From: Eledone cirrhosa
Taxonomy: Eukaryota
Assembly: GCA_964016885.1 (NCBI GenBank)
Contig: OZ024741.1
Coordinates: 36,022,001 to 36,086,000 of the forward strand
DNA: 64,000 nucleotides
Direction of reading: 5' to 3'
The notes under the pieces were generated by a model. The model was given only the letters and a program-made list of their open reading frames with translations. It did no database searches and was not told where the DNA came from. Positions 61,201 through 64,000 of this stretch are shown piece after piece. How positions within the stretch are numbered: position 1 is the first letter of the stretch; the number at the start of each line of letters is the position of its first letter. Position numbers and translations under genes: made by a program.

Positions 61201-64000
61201 GGACTTTTCATCCTAAAATCTCTACAGCCTATGAAATCTTCATCCTATTGACACTTCAGCCTATGAACTCTTCACACTAAGAACTCTTCAGCCTATGGAC
61301 TCTTCAGCCTGTGAAATCTTCAGCCTATGGACTCTTCAGCATATGGACTCTTCAGCCTATGGGCTCTTCACCCTAAGAACTCTTCATCCTATGGACTCTT
61401 CACCCTAAGAACTCTTCATCCTATGAACTCTTCACCCTAAATACCCTTCAGCCTATGGATTCTTCAGCCTATGGACTCTTCAACCTAAGAACTCTTCAGC
61501 CTATGAACTCTTCAACCTATGGCCTCTTCAGCTTATGGACTCTTCACCCCATGAACTCTTCAGTCTATGAAATCTTCACCCTAAGAAATCTTCAGCCTAT
61601 GAACTCTTCAACCTATGGACTCTTCACACTAAGAACTGATCAACCTATGGACTCTTCAGCCTATGAATTCTTCAGCCTGTGGGCTCTTCACCCTAAGAAC
61701 TCTTCAGCCTATGGACTCTTCAGACTATGAAATCTTCACACTTAGAACTCTTCAGCCTATGGACTCTTCACCCTAAGAACTCTTCAGGCTATGAACTGTT
61801 CACTCTTAGAACACTTCAGCGTAAGAACTGTTCAACCTATGGACTCTTCAGCCTATGAACTCTTCAGGCTTAGAACACTTCAGCCTATGAACTCTTCACC
61901 CTAAGAACTCTTCAGCCTATGGACTTTCAGCCTATGTACTCTTCAACCTATGGACTCTTCAGCATATGGACTCTTCGCCCTAAGAACTCTTCAGCCTATG
62001 TACTCTTCATCCTATGAACTTTTAAGCCTTTGGACACTTCAGCCTATGGATTCTTCACTCTAAGAAATCTTTAGACTATGGACTCTTCACCCTAAGAACA
62101 GTTCGCCCTTAGAACTCTTCAGCATATGAACTCTTCACCCCTAGAACTCTTCAGGCTATTATCACTTCAACCTAAGAATTCTTCAGCCTATGAAGTCTTC
62201 ACCCTAAGAACTCTTCAGACTATGGAATCTTCAGCCTATGGACTCTTCAGCCTAGAGACACTTCAGCCTATGGACACTTCAGCCTATGAACTCTTCACAC
62301 TAAGAACTCTTCAGCCTATGAACTCTGCAGCCTAACAAAACTTCAGCCTATGGACTCGTCAGCCTATGAACTCTTCAGCCTATTGACTCTTCAGCCTATG
62401 GACTCTTCACCCTAAGAACTCTTCAGCCTATGGACTTTTCAGCCTATGAACTCTTCACCCTTAGAACTATTCAGGCTATTATCTCTTCACCCTGAGAACT
62501 CTTCAGCCTGTGAACTCTTCACCCTAAAAACTCTTCAGCCTATGGACTCTTCACCCTAAGAACTCTTCAGCCTATGGAATTCTTCATACTTAGAACTCTT
62601 CAGCCTATGGACTCTTAACCCTAAGAACTCTTCAGCCTGTGAACTCTTCAGCATATGAACTCTTTACCCTGGAGAACTCTTCAGCCTGTGAACTCTTAAC
62701 GCTAAGAACTCTTCAGCCTATGAATTCTTCAGCCTATGAACTCTTCAGACTATGAACTCTTCACCCTAAGCACTCTTCAGCCTATGAATTCTTCACCATA
62801 AGAATTTTTCAGCCTATAAAATCTTCACCCTAAGAACTATTCAGCCTATGAACTGTTCACTCTTAGAACTCTTCAGCCTAAGAACTGTTCAACGTATGGA
62901 CTCTTCAGCCTATGGACTCTTCACCCTAAGAACTCTTCAGCCTATGAATTCTTCAGCCTCTGGACTATTCAGTCTATGGACTTTTCATCCTAAAAACTCT
63001 ACAGCCTATGAAATCTTCAGCCTATGAACTCTTCACACTAAGAACTCTTCAGCCTATGGACTCTTCAGCCTATGAACTCTTCAGCCTATGGACTCTTCAG
63101 CCTATGAAATAATCACACTTAGAACTCTTCAGCCTATGAGCTCTTCGCCTTAAGAACTCTTCTGCCTATGTACTCTTCACCCTAAGAATCCTTCAGTCTA
63201 TGAACTGTTCACTCTTAGAACTCGTCAGCCTAAGAACTGTTCAGCCTATGGACTCTTCAGCCTATGAACTCTTCACGCTTAGAACTCTTCATCCTAAGCA
63301 CTCTTCAGCCTATGGATTCTTCAGCCTATGAACTCTGCAGCCTATGAAATCTTCAACCTATGGACTTTTCACCCTAAGAACTCATTAGCCTATGGACATT
63401 TCAGACTATGAACCTTTCAGCCTATTGGACTCTTCAGCCTAACAACTCTTCAGCCTATCAACTCTTCACCCTAAGAACTCTTCAGCCTATGAACTTGTTA
63501 CTCTATGAACTCTTCAGACTATGAACTCTTCAGCCTATGAACTCTTCAGCCTATGGACTATTCAGCCTATGAAATCTTAAACCAATGGACTCTTCAACCT
63601 ATGAACTCTTAAACCTATGAACTCTTCAGTCTATGAACTTTTTAGCCTATAGACTCTTCAGCCTATAAAATCTTGAGCCTATGGAGTCTTCACCCTAAGA
63701 ACTATTCAGCGTATGAACTCTTCAGCCTATGAACTCTTCAGTCGATAAAATATGCACGCTAAGAACTCTTCAGACTATGAACTCTTCACGATAAGAACTC
63801 TTCAGCCTATAAACTGTTCACCCTAAGAACTCTTCAGCCTATGAATTCTTTAGCCTATGGACTATTCAGTCTATGGACTTTTCATCCTAAAAACTCTACA
63901 GCCTATGAAATCTTCAGCCTATGAACTCTTCACCCTAAGAACTGTTCAGCCTATGGACTCTTCAGCCTATGAATTCTTCAGTCTATGGTCTATTCGGCCT
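22286..64000 (+). repeat. 16-bp satellite main array with higher-order repeats; continues past the window end
   Basis: Same monomers as the edge segment, in a single orientation. Diagnostic variants recur at offsets of 657, 1998, 3310, 5788, 2048, 4319 and 4335 bp. Confidence 0.98.

Noticed and set aside
22507-62335. Dozens of 64-111 aa ORFs (MNSSAYELFTLRTLQP...)
   Set aside because: They are translations of a 16-bp non-triplet repeat that cycles through frames, with frequent stops. They are useful only as HOR landmarks.
18659-64000. CRISPR-like or telomeric array
   Set aside because: No unique spacers, no cas genes, eukaryotic context, and no TTAGGG-type unit.
18659-64000. Heat-shock element or STAT site array (GAA..TTC)
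   Set aside because: The spacing is GAA-N3-TTC and TTC-N7-GAA, which matches neither nGAAnnTTCn nor TTC-N3-GAA.

Overview
Eukaryotic, AT-rich, repeat-dominated genomic DNA. The SINE families, the RTE LINEs and the dense (CATA)n/(TA)n/(TAA)n microsatellites look like a cephalopod (Octopus) genome; this is inference. Bases 1-18.5 kb are a nest of transposons: a Gypsy-type 3' LTR; a frameshifted R4/Dong-like RLE LINE; a near-full-length RTE LINE with three C2H2 fingers; a 5'-truncated RTE-type LINE with a PHD-like insert; an L1/Tx1 fragment; several bipartite non-autonomous RTE derivatives; tRNA-SINEs; a piggyBac-type MITE; a Helitron-like element; and one candidate host exon. From 18,659 to the window end is a >45 kb satellite of a 16-bp monomer (AACTCTTCAGCCTATG) with layered higher-order repeats (~0.66, 2.0, 3.3, 5.8 and 4.3 kb). 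Main observation: the satellite begins exactly inside the right TIR of an internally deleted mariner element, and its monomer is the 16-bp interval between two TCAGCC motifs in that TIR, so this looks like the birth site of a satellite from a transposon end. A young non-autonomous LTR element sits in the array. It has apparently identical 366-bp LTRs, an AACT TSD and an unusually long (32-nt) tRNA-Trp primer-binding site with a T at the m1A58 position. No prokaryotic genes, CRISPR arrays, rRNA or intact tRNA genes were found. Everything was read by eye; no alignments or searches were run.
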